Of a stretch of DNA of 64,000 bases, positions 17,420 through 27,457 are shown one piece after another; positions within the stretch are counted from its first letter, which is position 1; each line of letters begins with the position of its first letter. The notes beneath the pieces were generated by a model that saw only the letters and a program-made list of their open reading frames with translations, had not been told where the DNA came from and made no database searches. Source of the DNA: an uncultured Planctomycetales bacterium (lineage in GTDB: Bacteria; Omnitrophota; Gorgyraeia; Zapsychrales; JAHFFX01); contig CAYJRN010000001.1 in the NCBI GenBank assembly GCA_964372915.1, forward strand, positions 100,305-164,304, in the 5' to 3' direction. A program made the translations under genes and the position numbers.

Positions 17420-17456
17420 TCCCGCTTACCATAAAAGATTTTATGAAAAAGCGGGA
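17420..17456. repeat. Nested palindrome TCCCGCTT acc CATAAAAgatTTTTATG aaa AAGCGGGA
   Basis: An 8-bp outer inverted repeat encloses a 7-bp inner inverted repeat, between the tRNA-Gly fragment and the complete tRNA-Gly. Confidence 0.7.
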
Positions 17457-17472
17457 CAAGCTGGTTTTTATT

Positions 17473-17546
17473 GCGGGCGTAGTTCAATGGCAGAACTCCA
17501 GCCTTCCAAGCTGGTAACGTGAGTTCGATTCTCATCGCCCGCTCCA
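17473..17546 (+). tRNA. tRNA-Gly (anticodon TCC), CCA encoded
   Basis: GCGGGCGTAGTTCAATGGCAGAACTCCAGCCTTCCAAGCTGG...GAGTTCGATTCTCATCGCCCGCTCCA. Confidence 0.9.
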
Positions 17547-17570
17547 AAATATTTTACGAGGGCCACACAC

Positions 17571-18275
17571 ATGAAAGTCACTTTACTTATACCTACCTTA
17601 AATGAAATTGTGGGAATGAAGACCATTATGCCTCTGGTCAAAAAGGAATGGTACGACCAACTCTTGATCGTTGACGGACAATCGACCGACGGCACCATCG
17701 AGTATTGCAAACAGATGAAATATCCACTCGTCATCCAACAAAAGAAGGGAATGCGTAACGCTTATATGGAGGCCCTGCCGCACATCACCGGAGACGTGAT
17801 TCTCACCTTCAGCCCCGATGGAAACTCCATTCCTGAGCTCATCCCCAAATGCATTGAAAAAATGAGAGAAGGTTATGACATGGTGATCGTCTCCCGTTAC
17901 GCCGAAGGCGCCAAGAGTTACGATGATGACGCCGTCACCGCTTTCGGGAACAAACTCTTCACGACCTTAATCAACGTCTGTCACGGCGGGCGTTACACCG
18001 ATGCTATGGTCATTTATCGCGCCTATAAAAAACAACTGATCTACAAGCTTGACCTGCATAAGGATTCCAGCTACGAAATCGAGGAGAAGCTGTTCGGCAC
18101 CAACATCAGTTGGGAACCGCTGTTGTCCATCCGCGCCGCCAAGCGCAGATTGCAATCTGCCGACATTCCCGGAGATGAACCGGCCAGAAGCGGAGGGGAG
18201 AGAAAACTCCAGGTTTTGCGTTGGGGGGCGGCCTACATGTGGGAGGTCTTACGAGAAATCTTTGTCTGGAAGTGA
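17571..18275 (+). CDS. Family 2 glycosyltransferase (dolichyl-phosphate mannosyltransferase-like)
   Basis: LLIPTLNE...LIVDGQSTDGT...VIVSRY follows the GT-A fold DxD-type pattern. Confidence 0.75.
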   Translation: MKVTLLIPTLNEIVGMKTIMPLVKKEWYDQLLIVDGQSTDGTIEYCKQMKYPLVIQQKKGMRNAYMEALPHITGDVILTFSPDGNSIPELIPKCIEKMREGYDMVIVSRYAEGAKSYDDDAVTAFGNKLFTTLINVCHGGRYTDAMVIYRAYKKQLIYKLDLHKDSSYEIEEKLFGTNISWEPLLSIRAAKRRLQSADIPGDEPARSGGERKLQVLRWGAAYMWEVLREIFVWK

Positions 18276-18527
18276 TCTCACTAAAACGGTTCTTCCGGGC
18301 CTCGCTCATCTTTAAAATCGCCCCCAACGTGCTGTTTATCATTAGTTGCTCCCCGTTTCCAGTGGTACCCAGCCCCGTTCAATTAAAAACAAAATGCGCC
18401 TGAGTCGCCCCGAATTTTCCCTTGAATCCAAAGGCTTATCGTATATAATATTACTATTATTTATCTGAAAAATTCGTCGGTAGAACAGGTTTCAATAAAT
18501 TTCAGATTATAAAAAACGGAATATTGT

Positions 18528-19529
18528 GTGCGAGAAAGGTTTAAACATATAGCGATTCTTGGCGATGGTGGATGGGGTACCACTTTGGCTGTCCATCTGG
18601 CCCAAAAACACTTTCGCGTAAAACTTTGGGGGGCCTTCCCCGAATATATCCGCAAGGTTAGAAAAACGCGTCACAACTCTAAATTCCTGCCGGGGATCAG
18701 AATCCCTGCTTCCGTTAAACTCATGGAAGATTTGTCCAAGACGATTGAGGGGGCTGAGCTCATCGTACTGGCGGTGCCCTCTCAATATTTGATAGGGGTC
18801 TTGAAAAAGATTAAAACGCTCGGCCTTTCAAAAAAAGTTTTTTTAAGCGTCATTAAAGGCATCGATCGGGTCTCGCTCTTGCGCATGTCCCAGATCATTG
18901 AAAAGGAATTAGGCAAAGTTCCGATCGCCGTTCTTTCGGGGCCGACGATCGCGATGGAAGTCGCCCATGGAATTCCCACAACCGCCGTCATCGCGGCCAA
19001 AGATCGGCACCTGGCCCGAGAACTGCAGGCGGTGTTTCATTCTAAAAATTTTCGCATTTATACCAATGATGATACCGTGGGTGTAGAATTGGGGGGGAGC
19101 ATCAAGAATGTTATTGCCCTGGCCTGCGGGATCTGCGATGGACTTGGGTTCGGGACAAACGCCAAGGCCGCGGTTTTAACCAGGGGCCTGAATGAAATGG
19201 CGGCCTTAGGCGTCGCGTTAGGCGCTAAAAAACACACATTTTACGGATTGACCGGTCTGGGGGATCTGGTCACAACCTGCGTCAACCCCAGAAGCCGCAA
19301 CCGATCCGTGGGAGAGGCCTTAGGTCAAGGCAAAACCATCAAACAAATTCTGGCTTCGATGGAAATGGTGGCCGAAGGTATTGAGACCGTCAAAGGCGTG
19401 TATGACTTAAGCCGCCGACATAAAGTCCCAATGCCGATCACCGAAGAAATTTTTAAAATCATCTATCAAAATAAAAAACCACGAGCGGCTGTGATGGACT
19501 TGATGAACCGACAGAGGAGGGCGGAGTAA
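18528..19529 (+). CDS. gpsA: NAD(P)H-dependent glycerol-3-phosphate dehydrogenase
   Basis: GTG start. IAILGDGGWGTTLA Rossmann motif and GpsA-like length (~333 aa); the SGPTIAMEVA region is conserved. Confidence 0.88.
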   Translation: MRERFKHIAILGDGGWGTTLAVHLAQKHFRVKLWGAFPEYIRKVRKTRHNSKFLPGIRIPASVKLMEDLSKTIEGAELIVLAVPSQYLIGVLKKIKTLGLSKKVFLSVIKGIDRVSLLRMSQIIEKELGKVPIAVLSGPTIAMEVAHGIPTTAVIAAKDRHLARELQAVFHSKNFRIYTNDDTVGVELGGSIKNVIALACGICDGLGFGTNAKAAVLTRGLNEMAALGVALGAKKHTFYGLTGLGDLVTTCVNPRSRNRSVGEALGQGKTIKQILASMEMVAEGIETVKGVYDLSRRHKVPMPITEEIFKIIYQNKKPRAAVMDLMNRQRRAE

Positions 19530-19536
19530 AAGAATC

Positions 19537-19613
19537 CGGAGCGTAGCGCAGGTGGCTAGCGCACTTGAATGGGGTTCAAGAGGTCGACGGTTCAAATCCG
19601 TCCGCTCCGACCA
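19537..19613 (+). tRNA. tRNA-Pro (anticodon GGG)
   Basis: CGGAGCG TA GCGC..GCGC A CTTGA aTGGGGt TCAAG AGGTC GACGG TTCAAAT CCGTC CGCTCCG A CCA. Confidence 0.82.
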
Positions 19614-19725
19614 TGAACCACTCACTTCGTTCGGGTTCATGGTAAACCATTCTATTATGTTGAGTGGTTCATGAGTCCTATATCCGAGCGAAGCGAGTGG
19701 TATAGGACCATTTTCCCAACTTTAA
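19614..19725. repeat. Cluster of inverted repeats downstream of tRNA-Pro (ATGAACCACTCA...TGAGTGGTTCAT; GTCCTATA...TATAGGAC)
   Basis: A 12-bp and an 8-bp perfect inverted repeat, read directly from the sequence. Confidence 0.55.
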
Positions 19726-19742
19726 CTTAAAAAGAGGATCCT

Positions 19743-20105
19743 ATGAATACACGAGCTCAAGGACCAGAACGAAGACAGCACATCCGTATCAAAAAACATT
19801 TCATCCTAACCTATTACGACAAAGCAAACCCCCAAAAAAAGCGCGACGCGACCCAGATTAAGAACATCAGTGTTGGGGGAATGTGCATCCTGACTGCAGA
19901 GCAATTTCAATCTGGGGCAATCATCGGCATTGAGATGAAAACGCCGTATCTCTCGGGCACCGTCTCCCTGGAGGGGAAAGTCCTTCAATCGCACGAACGC
20001 TTGGCAGGTATTGTGTATGAAACACGCCTTACTTTTCAAAATTTGAACGCGCAGGCAGAATTTGTTCTTAAAAAAATCGTGGAATACTATAAAGAAAAAG
20101 GTTAA
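19743..20105 (+). CDS. PilZ-domain protein (putative c-di-GMP receptor)
   Basis: The RxxxR motif (RRQHIRI) and the D/NxSxxG motif (NISVGGM) are at PilZ-typical spacing; 120 aa. Confidence 0.65.
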   Translation: MNTRAQGPERRQHIRIKKHFILTYYDKANPQKKRDATQIKNISVGGMCILTAEQFQSGAIIGIEMKTPYLSGTVSLEGKVLQSHERLAGIVYETRLTFQNLNAQAEFVLKKIVEYYKEKG

Positions 20106-20107
20106 AT

Positions 20108-21403
20108 ATGAATCGACTCAACGTCGGGCTGATCGGTTATGGTGTTGTGGGCCAAGGGGTCACCAAACTCTTGAGGGTCCGGGAGAATTTCTTCTCTAAT
20201 AAATTCAACAGCGAATTTAACTTGAAGATCATCTGCGACCGGAGTATCCATAAAAAGAATACCCGGGGCCTGGGCAAGACCATCTTGACCACAAAATACG
20301 AAAATGTCTTGAAACAGAAAGACCTGGATGTGGTCATCGAACTCATCGGCGGCATCCATCCGGCCAAAGAAATAGTCCTCAGGGCCCTTAATGCCGGCAG
20401 ACACGTCATCACGGCCAACAAGGCGCTTCTAGCACAGCATGGGGAAGAACTCTTTCGCGTGGCCAAATCCAAAAACCGGAACATTTATTTTGAATCTTCC
20501 GTTGGGGCGGGAACGCCCATCATCAAGCTCATCACCGAGGGTATCGCCGGAAACAAATTCAATGGCTTCTACGGCATCATCAACGGCACATGCAATTTTA
20601 TCCTGACGGAGATGACGCGCACTCATTGCACGTTTTCCCAGGCTTTGCGCGAGGCGCAAAAACGCGGCTATGCCGAAAGAAATCCTTCGCTGGATGTCAA
20701 CGGCATGGATTCGGCTTATAAACTGGCAATCCTTGTCTTCTTGGCTCTGGGGAAATCCATTAAGATTTCCGATATGCACATTGAAGGGATCACGCACATT
20801 TCCCACGTCGACATTGACTACGCAGAAAGCCTGGATCTTTCCATTAAGTTGCTGGCGATCGCTAAACGGGTCAAGAACGAGATTGAGGTTCGTGTGCAAC
20901 CCACCCTCATTCCCAAAGAACATCCTTTGGCGTCGGTGAACGGCATCTTTAACGCCATTTTTCTCGATACGGATCCCTTGGGGGATATCCTCCTTTATGG
21001 ACAGGGAGCCGGACAAATGACGGCGGCCTCGGGTGTTATTAGCGATTTGATCAACTTGGCCGCGCGGCACGACGACCTTTTTGCCATGACGGTCGGAAAT
21101 TTGTTCCAGGACATCGCCACTTTTAAATTAAGAAAAATCGAAAAGGTTTACACAAAATACTATCTAAGATTTATGGCGGTGGATAAGCCCGGGGTCTTGG
21201 CCACGATCTCCGGAATCTTAGGCAAACACGGGATCAGCATTGAATCCGTCACGCAGAAAATCCAGGAGCGATCCTCGGTCGTTCCGGTTATCATTTTAAC
21301 AGATTGGGCACAAGAAAAAATGCTCCGGCTGGCTCTTGAGAAAATCTACAATCTCTCGGTCGTCAAAAGCAAACCCGTCGCCATTCGTATGGAGAAACTC
21401 TAA
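20108..21403 (+). CDS. hom: Homoserine dehydrogenase (with C-terminal ACT domain)
   Basis: VGLIGYGVVGQGV Rossmann motif, central catalytic domain, ACT-like C-terminus; 431 aa. Confidence 0.9.
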   Translation: MNRLNVGLIGYGVVGQGVTKLLRVRENFFSNKFNSEFNLKIICDRSIHKKNTRGLGKTILTTKYENVLKQKDLDVVIELIGGIHPAKEIVLRALNAGRHVITANKALLAQHGEELFRVAKSKNRNIYFESSVGAGTPIIKLITEGIAGNKFNGFYGIINGTCNFILTEMTRTHCTFSQALREAQKRGYAERNPSLDVNGMDSAYKLAILVFLALGKSIKISDMHIEGITHISHVDIDYAESLDLSIKLLAIAKRVKNEIEVRVQPTLIPKEHPLASVNGIFNAIFLDTDPLGDILLYGQGAGQMTAASGVISDLINLAARHDDLFAMTVGNLFQDIATFKLRKIEKVYTKYYLRFMAVDKPGVLATISGILGKHGISIESVTQKIQERSSVVPVIILTDWAQEKMLRLALEKIYNLSVVKSKPVAIRMEKL

Positions 21404-22453
21404 ATGGCTTGGGCCGGACTCATCCATCGGTATCGGGAATATCTCTGTGTCTCGGATAAAACTCCCATCGTGACCTTGAACGAAGGCAACACGCCTTTGA
21501 TTCATTCCACTGTGCTTTCTAAAAAATTGGGACTGGAGGTTTATCTCAAGTGCGAAGGCCTCAATCCCACGGGATCGTTTAAAGACCGTGGAATGACGAT
21601 GGCCATTTCCAAAGCAAAAGAGGCAAGGACCGAAACCGTCATGTGCGCCTCGACGGGCAATACCTCCGCCTCCGCAGCCGCCTACGCGGCCCGTTGTGGG
21701 ATGAAATGTATTGTTCTTATTCCCGAGGGTAATATTGCCCTCGGCAAATTGGCGCAGGCGATGATTCACAGCGCCCAAGTCATTGCCATCAAGGGAAATT
21801 TCGATGAAGCGCTCAACCTTGTGAAAGAGATCACTTCGAAATATCCTGTGGCGCTGGTCAATTCCCTCAATCCGCACCGCATTGAGGGCCAGAAGACCGC
21901 CGCGTTTGAAATTTGCGACGCGCTGGGGGACGCGCCGGAGTTCCATGCGATCCCCGTCGGCAATGCCGGCAACATCACGGCCTATTGGAAAGGATATAAA
22001 GAATATAAGGCTGCCGGTAAAGCCAAACAACTTCCCAGAATGCTTGGTTTCCAAGCCGCGAAAGCGGCGCCGATTGTTAAGGGCAAGATTGTGCAACATC
22101 CTGAAACGATCGCCACCGCCATCAAGATCGGAAATCCGGCCAGTTGGAAACACGCCGAGGCCGCCCGCGACGAATCCAAGGGACTGATTGAGGCCGTTAC
22201 CGATAAAGAAATCATCGCGGCCTATAAAATTTTAGCGGCGGAAGGGGTTTTCGTTGAACCAGCCTCGGCGGCCTCCGTTGCCGGAATTTTAAAGCTGTAT
22301 AAAAGCGGTTATTTCAAAGAAAAGCGGGGGAGCATCGTTTGCACATTGACCGGGCACGGGCTCAAAGACCCTGACATCGCCATCAAAAACATCCGAAAAC
22401 CCACGCTCATAAAAGCAGAACTCAGGGCGATCCTGAAACACATTGGCTATTAA
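21404..22453 (+). CDS. thrC: Threonine synthase
   Basis: PLP-enzyme motif GSFKDRG, ~350 aa, adjacent to hom. Confidence 0.9.
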   Translation: MAWAGLIHRYREYLCVSDKTPIVTLNEGNTPLIHSTVLSKKLGLEVYLKCEGLNPTGSFKDRGMTMAISKAKEARTETVMCASTGNTSASAAAYAARCGMKCIVLIPEGNIALGKLAQAMIHSAQVIAIKGNFDEALNLVKEITSKYPVALVNSLNPHRIEGQKTAAFEICDALGDAPEFHAIPVGNAGNITAYWKGYKEYKAAGKAKQLPRMLGFQAAKAAPIVKGKIVQHPETIATAIKIGNPASWKHAEAARDESKGLIEAVTDKEIIAAYKILAAEGVFVEPASAASVAGILKLYKSGYFKEKRGSIVCTLTGHGLKDPDIAIKNIRKPTLIKAELRAILKHIGY

Positions 22454-23090
22454 ACATTCATTGAAAAATAAAAAGATCATGGTGACCTGCGGACCCACCT
22501 GGGTACCCATTGATCCGGTGCGCGTCATTAGTAACCGCTCGAGTGGGGAACTGGGACACCGTATTGCCAAGGAACTGAAAAGAGCCGGGGCGAAGGTGAC
22601 CCTCATCGAAGGACCAGTTACCGATGCATTAAAAGCGAAGAGCATTAAAATCATTAAATTCAACTTCTTTGCTGATTTGAAGAAAGTGCTTCGCAAGGCC
22701 TTGCAGCGGCCCTGGGACTGCATCATTCACGCCGCGGCGGTTTCGGATTATCAGCTTTCGAGAGTGTTCTTAGGCAAGTTAAACTCTCAAACGCCGGAAC
22801 TTACTCTCAGGCTCATCCCAACGGAGAAGCTCATCCAGCTTATCAAACGCATTGATCCCAAGGTCTTTCTTGTAGGCTTCAAGCTGGAGGGAGGAAATAA
22901 ACAATCTTTACGTCGCGAAGCTCGTAAACTTTTTGAAGAAGCGGATTGTGATTTGGTCGTCGCTAACACAAGCCGTAATGCGAAATATTCGGGTTTTATT
23001 TTTGATAAAAATACGAAGCTCGTAAAGAAAGCTCAATCCAGAACTCAGATGGCAAAAACATTGGTAAAAGTACTCAAAAAAAATCTATGA
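22443..23090 (+). CDS. coaB: Phosphopantothenate--cysteine ligase (stand-alone CoaB domain)
   Basis: [25 protein letters not shown] and the C-terminal DLVVANT match the DFP/CoaB C-terminal domain. There is no CoaC flavoprotein domain. The start may be the internal ATG near 22479. Confidence 0.65.
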   Translation: MAIKHSLKNKKIMVTCGPTWVPIDPVRVISNRSSGELGHRIAKELKRAGAKVTLIEGPVTDALKAKSIKIIKFNFFADLKKVLRKALQRPWDCIIHAAAVSDYQLSRVFLGKLNSQTPELTLRLIPTEKLIQLIKRIDPKVFLVGFKLEGGNKQSLRREARKLFEEADCDLVVANTSRNAKYSGFIFDKNTKLVKKAQSRTQMAKTLVKVLKKNL

Positions 23091-24289
23091 AATACGTCGT
23101 GATCGTCCCTGACGGGATGGCGGATGAACCCGTGAAAATCCTAAAAAATAAAACTCCTCTGGAAGAGGCGGATACGCCGAACATGGATTATTTGGCCCAA
23201 AATGGATTGACGGGACTCGTTAAAACCATTCCCGATGGCATGGACCCTGGTTCGGAGATCGGGAATTTGGCGCTGTTAGGCTATAACCCTCAACAATGTT
23301 TCTTTGGCCGTGCTCCGCTGGAGGCGGCCAGCCAAGACATCATGCTGGCCGAAGATGAAGTCGCGTTTCGCTGTAATCTTGTGACCGTTCAGGATGACAT
23401 TATGATGGATTACAGCGCCGGTCACATCACCACCAAGGAGGCCGCGGTTTTTATCGATGAACTTAATAAAAAACTGACGCTTCCCAACATTAAATTTTAC
23501 CTTGGGAAAAGTTATAGGCATCTCCTGATCCTTAAGACAAAATTTGCCAAGGACTTTTTTGAGATCCACTCCACGCCTCCGCACAATATCCAGGGACAAA
23601 ATATCAAGAAATATGTGCCGCGCGGTAACCGGTCGGAACTCTTGGGTGATCTTATGGAAAAATCCCGATCGATTTTTGCAGGACATCCCATTAATCAGGT
23701 CAGGATTGACCTTAAAGAAAATCCGGCCACCATGATTTGGCTCTGGGGGCAGGGGATTAAACCTAAGCTTCCTCAATTCACTGAGAAGTTCGGCGTTAAA
23801 GGCGGGATCATTTCCGCCGTTGACCTGGTGACGGGTATAGGGAAACTCACCGGACTGAAAGTCATTAACGTCCCCGGCATCACCGGATATTATGACACCA
23901 ATTATTTGGGCAAGGCAGAATATGCGCTTAAGTTTTTACAAAAAAATGATTTCGTTTACATCCATATCGAAGCGCCGGACGAGGCAGGGCACAATGGGGA
24001 TGTGCGCATGAAAATCGCTTCCATCGAACATATTGACAAAGACATCGTAGGCACTATACTAAAATATTTCAAAGACAAAGAGAATGTCCGGATCCTCGTT
24101 GCCTCGGATCATCCCACTCCGGTGGAAAAACGCGCGCATACCCGTGAACCCGTCGGGTTTGTGATGTTCGGCAAAGGCATTACGCCCGATGGCGCGGCCA
24201 AGTTCAGCGAGTCCCTCGCAAAAGAAAAGGGACTCAAATTCCAAAGCGGCGAAGAACTGATGCGGCATTTTATGCGTAAGCCCTATTGA
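23087..24289 (+). CDS. Cofactor-independent phosphoglycerate-mutase-like protein (ApgM family; member of the clade proposed to act as homoserine kinase in thr operons)
   Basis: [15 protein letters not shown] metalloenzyme N-terminus, 400 aa, ApgM-type. It sits between thrC and lysC, and no thrB is seen in the operon. Confidence 0.7.
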   Translation: MKYVVIVPDGMADEPVKILKNKTPLEEADTPNMDYLAQNGLTGLVKTIPDGMDPGSEIGNLALLGYNPQQCFFGRAPLEAASQDIMLAEDEVAFRCNLVTVQDDIMMDYSAGHITTKEAAVFIDELNKKLTLPNIKFYLGKSYRHLLILKTKFAKDFFEIHSTPPHNIQGQNIKKYVPRGNRSELLGDLMEKSRSIFAGHPINQVRIDLKENPATMIWLWGQGIKPKLPQFTEKFGVKGGIISAVDLVTGIGKLTGLKVINVPGITGYYDTNYLGKAEYALKFLQKNDFVYIHIEAPDEAGHNGDVRMKIASIEHIDKDIVGTILKYFKDKENVRILVASDHPTPVEKRAHTREPVGFVMFGKGITPDGAAKFSESLAKEKGLKFQSGEELMRHFMRKPY

Positions 24290-24295
24290 CGATTG

Positions 24296-24475
24296 TTCCT
24301 CTAAACAGGGTTTTCTTAAGAGAACAATCGTCGCCCCTGTTTTCCTTAAAATATATTCAGAGGAAACTGGGGCAGTCCTCGCTTCTTCTAAAAAATTTTC
24401 AAAGGAAAGCGAGGGCGAGATACTGACTACCACAAATGCTATTGGTAAAGAAAAGGTCAGTAAACACTATTTTCA
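24296..24475. repeat. Dispersed intergenic repeat, family R1, copy 2 (5' leader of lysC)
   Basis: ttgacgattgttcctctaaacagggttttcttaagagaacaatcgtcg ... gagatactgac...ggtcagta, with an ~80-bp insertion relative to copy 1. Confidence 0.65.
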
Positions 24476-24497
24476 AAAAGGAATTATAGAAACACTG

Positions 24498-25721
24498 ATG
24501 GAAAAGCAAATCATCGTCATGAAGTTCGGCGGGTCTTCGGTGGCCAACCCCGAAAGAATCAAGGTCGTGGCCGAACGCGTCATCAGTTATAAAAAACCCC
24601 AGTATGATTTGGTTGTCGTGGTATCGGCTCTAGGCGACACAACCGATGAGTTGATCGATCTGGCCGCACAAGTCACTTCCGATCCCCCAAAAAGGGAAAT
24701 GGATATGCTGATGGCAACCGGCGAACAGATTGCTTCCGCGCTCTTGGCCATGGCCATTAAAGATCAAGGACATGATGCCGTGTCCTTGACCGGTGGACAA
24801 GTGGGAATCAAAACGGACAAAGCCCATACGCGCGCGCGCATTCAAAGGATTGAAACCAAACGCATCAAAAAAGCGATCAGCAAAAATCAAATTGTCATTG
24901 TTGCGGGATTTCAAGGGGTCACTCGCGACGATGAAATCACGACCTTAGGACGAGGCGGTTCGGACTTAACCGCGGTCGCATTGGCTAAAACCTTGAGCGC
25001 TAAGGTCTGCGAAATCTACACGGACGTTGAGGGCATTTATACTACCGATCCGCGCATCGAAAAGTCAGCCCGAAAGATCAAAGCCATCACCTTCGATGAA
25101 ATGCTTGAAATGTCGGCTCTGGGCGCGCAAGTGATGCAATCCAGATCCATTGAAGTCGCCAGAAAATATAACATTCCGCTGCATGTCAGATCCAGTTTTT
25201 CCAAGGAGGAAGGAACCATGATCGTCAAAGAAACCGATAAGATGGAAGAGGTCGTTGTTCGCGGCATTACCTGCAATAAAAACGAGGCCAAGCTCACGAT
25301 TTGCAGCGTTCCCGATAAACCCGGGGTCGCGGCAAAAATCTTTACAGAAATCTCCAAGGCCGGCATCAACGTCGACACGATTGTTCAAAACGTCAGCCAC
25401 ACGCGCCTCACGGATATCTCCTTCACCGTCCCCAAGGGATCGTTACATAACGCCATCGCCAGCACCCAGGCGATTGCCAAAAAAATTGGGGCGGGGGAAG
25501 TTCTGCACGACAAGAACATCGCGCGCGTTTCGATCGTTGGCGCCGGGATGCGTTCGCATCATGGGATCGCCGCCAAGATGTTCCGGACACTGGCTGAAAA
25601 TAAAATCAACATTGAAATGATCACGACGTCGGAAATCAGTATTTCGTGCCTCATTAATCAAGCCTTGGCCGACCAAGCGGTCAAGACCTTACACAAGACG
25701 TTTAATCTGGATCAATACTAA
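24498..25721 (+). CDS. lysC: Aspartate kinase (two C-terminal ACT domains)
   Basis: KFGGSSVAN amino-acid-kinase N-terminus, 407 aa, ACT repeats at the C-terminus. Confidence 0.9.
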   Translation: MEKQIIVMKFGGSSVANPERIKVVAERVISYKKPQYDLVVVVSALGDTTDELIDLAAQVTSDPPKREMDMLMATGEQIASALLAMAIKDQGHDAVSLTGGQVGIKTDKAHTRARIQRIETKRIKKAISKNQIVIVAGFQGVTRDDEITTLGRGGSDLTAVALAKTLSAKVCEIYTDVEGIYTTDPRIEKSARKIKAITFDEMLEMSALGAQVMQSRSIEVARKYNIPLHVRSSFSKEEGTMIVKETDKMEEVVVRGITCNKNEAKLTICSVPDKPGVAAKIFTEISKAGINVDTIVQNVSHTRLTDISFTVPKGSLHNAIASTQAIAKKIGAGEVLHDKNIARVSIVGAGMRSHHGIAAKMFRTLAENKINIEMITTSEISISCLINQALADQAVKTLHKTFNLDQY

Positions 25722-25788
25722 CTTTTTCCTTTAAGGAAAAAGTAGTACTGCCTTCCTCTAAAAAACGGTTAAGGAAAAGGCTAGTAAA

Positions 25789-27447
25789 ATGTCAAAAATC
25801 ACCATCTACGACACGACCCTCAGAGACGGTTCCCAAACCGAAGGTGTGTCGTACAGTGTCAATGATAAAATGAAGATCGCCCAGAAACTCGACGATCTGG
25901 GTGTGCATTATATCGAAGGAGGATGGCCCGGATCGAACCCTAAAGATCAAGAGTTCTTTCGTCGGATGCAATCGGTCAAACTTAAAAATTCGATACTGGC
26001 CGCCTTTGGTTCCACTCGCCGGGCCCATATCCAGGCGAGCGAAGATCAGAACCTGAACGAGCTTATCGCCTCCCAAGCTCGGACGATCACCATCTTTGGA
26101 AAATCCTGGGACTTGCATGTCACGGACATTTTAAAGGCAACGCTCGAGGAAAATCTTCAGATGATTCACGACTCCGTCAACTTTTTGAAAACTAAAAAAC
26201 GCGAGGTTTTTTATGACGCGGAACATTTCTTTGACGGATACAAGAGAAACCCTCAATACGCGCTCAAGACCATCGAGGCCGCGCACCAAGGGGGAGCGGA
26301 GTGCATCATTTTATGCGACACGAACGGCGGTTCGCTGCCGGAAGAGGTGCGTCGCATCGTGACGCAGGTCCAAGAAAAAATCCCTACGCCTTTGGGAATC
26401 CATACCCATAACGATATGGGACTCGCCGTTGCCAATAGCCTTGCGGCCGTCGAGGCGGGCTGCGTTCAGGTTCAGGGAACTTTGAACGGTTTTGGCGAAC
26501 GCTGCGGCAATGCCGATATCGGCATTATCGTGGCGGTTCTCGCTACAAAAATGAAACAAAAAACCATTCCCGATGCGAATCTCAAAAAATTAACGGAAAC
26601 CTGTTATTACTTAAGCGAGGTGAGCAATATCAAACTCGCGGACAATCATCCATTCGTCGGACATTCGGCGTTCGCGCACAAAGGTGGGGTGCACATTGAT
26701 GCGATGCTCAAGAACCCTCTGGCGTACGAACACCTCGAACCCGATGCCATCGGGAATCATCGCCGGTTTGTGACCTCCGAGCTCGCCGGCAAGATGCCGA
26801 TCGTCCTTAAGGCAAAGGCGTTTGGGTTTGAATTGGACAAAAAATCCGCGCAGACAGCGGACTTGTTGAAAGCCCTTCAGCTTAAAGAACACGAAGGTTA
26901 TCAATTTGAAGCGGCGGACGCGTCGTTCGAACTTTTTCTTAAACGAAAATTAAAACGCTATGTCGAGTTCTTCAAACTCGAAGGCTTTAAAGTTCATACG
27001 GAAAAACGTTACGACGGTAAAGTCTTTGCCGAAGCGACCGTGCGCATCAATGTCCGCGGCAAGGAAGAGTTCCGCGCTTCCGAAGGCCAAGGGCCCGTCG
27101 ACGCGCTGGATAAGGCCCTTAGAAAAGCCCTCACCAAATTTTATCCGACCCTGGCGAAGATGTATTTGACGGACTACAAGGTCCGGGTCCTTGATACAAA
27201 ATCCGGGACCGCCGCTAAAGTCCGCGTTCTTATCGAATCCCAGGATGAAACCGACGCCTGGACGACCGTCGGCGTGCATGAGAACGTCATCGAAGCCAGC
27301 TGGGAGGCTCTAATCGACTCTATCGAATACAAGCTCCTTAAGGACGGAAAATCCCCTCCTAAGCCCAATCCTTCGACTCCGCTTAAGGTAGGCCTGAGCA
27401 AGCAAAGCGCGTCGAAGGCCAAAGCACTTTCCAAGAATAAAAAATAG
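25789..27447 (+). CDS. cimA: Citramalate synthase / LeuA-family HMGL-like enzyme with LeuA-type C-terminal dimerisation domain
   Basis: IYDTTLRDGSQ and HTHNDMGLAVAN are pyruvate carboxyltransferase motifs. The 552-aa length with a C-terminal regulatory domain fits CimA. Discriminating it from LeuA would need alignment. Confidence 0.7.
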   Translation: MSKITIYDTTLRDGSQTEGVSYSVNDKMKIAQKLDDLGVHYIEGGWPGSNPKDQEFFRRMQSVKLKNSILAAFGSTRRAHIQASEDQNLNELIASQARTITIFGKSWDLHVTDILKATLEENLQMIHDSVNFLKTKKREVFYDAEHFFDGYKRNPQYALKTIEAAHQGGAECIILCDTNGGSLPEEVRRIVTQVQEKIPTPLGIHTHNDMGLAVANSLAAVEAGCVQVQGTLNGFGERCGNADIGIIVAVLATKMKQKTIPDANLKKLTETCYYLSEVSNIKLADNHPFVGHSAFAHKGGVHIDAMLKNPLAYEHLEPDAIGNHRRFVTSELAGKMPIVLKAKAFGFELDKKSAQTADLLKALQLKEHEGYQFEAADASFELFLKRKLKRYVEFFKLEGFKVHTEKRYDGKVFAEATVRINVRGKEEFRASEGQGPVDALDKALRKALTKFYPTLAKMYLTDYKVRVLDTKSGTAAKVRVLIESQDETDAWTTVGVHENVIEASWEALIDSIEYKLLKDGKSPPKPNPSTPLKVGLSKQSASKAKALSKNKK

Positions 27448-27457
27448 AAATAAAGCA

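Noticed and set aside
24290-24497. Lysine (L-box) riboswitch upstream of lysC, and a T-box upstream of valS
   Set aside because: The lysC leader is an R1 repeat copy without L-box core motifs. valS starts 10 nt after cimA, leaving no room for a T-box.
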